Shown one piece after another: positions 63,104-64,000 of a stretch of DNA of 64,000 bases. Origin of the DNA: Macrostomum lignano (taxonomy: Eukaryota); assembly GCA_002269645.1 (NCBI GenBank), contig NIVC01000271.1, forward strand, positions 1 through 64,000. Reading direction: 5' to 3'. The position numbers and the translations under genes are program-made. The notes beneath the pieces were generated by a model that was not told the origin of the DNA, made no database searches, and saw nothing but the letters and a program-made list of their open reading frames with translations. Numbering within the stretch: position 1 is the first letter of the stretch; the number at the start of each line of letters is the position of its first letter.

Positions 63104-63152
63104 CAGTCAGTTAGTTAGTCAGTCAGTTAGTCAGTCAGTTAGTTAGTCAGTC

Positions 63153-63195
<43 letters not shown>

Positions 63196-63298
63196 CAGTC
63201 AGTTAGTTAGTCAGTCAGTTAGTTAGTCAGTTAGTTAGTTAGTCAGTCAGTTAGTTAGTCAGTCAGTTAGTTAGTCAGTTAGTTAGTTAGTTAGTAGT
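62385..63298. repeat. Mixed (TTAG)n/(TCAG)n microsatellite
   Basis: Direct reading. Confidence 0.95.
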
Positions 63299-63299
63299 T

Positions 63300-63450
63300 A
63301 TTCGACCCTCAGCCAGCAGTCATGCCCAATCCGTGACCCCTGAGCACGCATACACAAGGATTAGTTCTTGTTTTTCCTAGCGTACGGATTCGAACCCAGG
63401 GACAGCGTCTGTAGCGCAAGACTGTCGGTCGTGTTGAAGTTCGTGTGCAG
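63300..63450 (-). mobile_element. Possible SINE remnant with B box, running into a microsatellite tail
   Basis: Perfect B box GGTTCGAATCC at 63386-63396 on the minus strand; no clear A box. Confidence 0.3.
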
Positions 63451-64000
63451 CAAGAATACATTTCTGGCTGACTGATTTGTATCTCATATTTAGCATAGAC
63501 GGATAGAGTTCATTAGTGTAGCCGCTTTTTGGTCACAGGAATCAGCCACTTATTTGTGTTTCATTCGATTCACTATATTTACCTTTAATTCACTTTTCCC
63601 TGTGTATTCAATAATTTCATAGATATAGGAATCAGGAGGCTTGTCGGTAATCTCTTTGATCTATCTATGCATATTTAGATGGCACACTTTCAAGCAGACC
63701 TCGTGGTTTTTTACTTGCTTCTTTAAAATTCCTATTCATTTAGATCGATAATATTTACATGCCTGAACCTGAAACCGAGAACTACTATTAGTAGAAGTTT
63801 TGAAGAAATCATTTCTTTGAAAAAAATTCATGTTATTTGCGTGGTTGACAAAATCTTTATTTTCTATAAACGAAGTTTTCAGTTTTACTTATAGTAGTAA
63901 TAGAATCTGCGAATTAATTTTTTTATATTGAATGCGTTGATATTATTTATACTTGTACATGTGATTTCTGGATTGCTTGTCTGGCGTAGTAAAAAATATA

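Overview
Repeat-rich animal (invertebrate) genomic DNA with spliceosomal GT-AG introns. It is not prokaryotic: no CRISPR, rRNA or intact tRNA was found. The gene style and the minisatellite-filled introns recall free-living flatworms such as Macrostomum, but this is inference only. Three host genes can be built by hand. (1) A divergent Dachs-type (class XX) unconventional myosin on the minus strand, 13 to 15 exons, 14390 down to 2295 or 1554; almost none of it shows as a clean ORF. (2) An intronless Kekkon-like LRR-Ig transmembrane protein, 29106-31400 (+). (3) A 4-exon SLC26/SulP anion transporter with a STAS domain, 57273-62253 (+). A young full-length Ty3/gypsy (Mag-like) LTR retrotransposon (36963-41747, -) has identical 168-bp LTRs and a 5-bp TSD and sits inside a minisatellite. 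The rest is about 30 different mini- and microsatellite arrays, small non-autonomous element remnants (hAT-like, Helitron-like ends, tRNA-derived heads) and LINE 3' debris. Most long ORFs in the supplied track are artefacts of stop-free tandem repeats. Repeat boundaries and copy numbers are read by eye and approximate. Similarity to Drosophila Dachs and Kekkon is from memory of those proteins and needs alignment.
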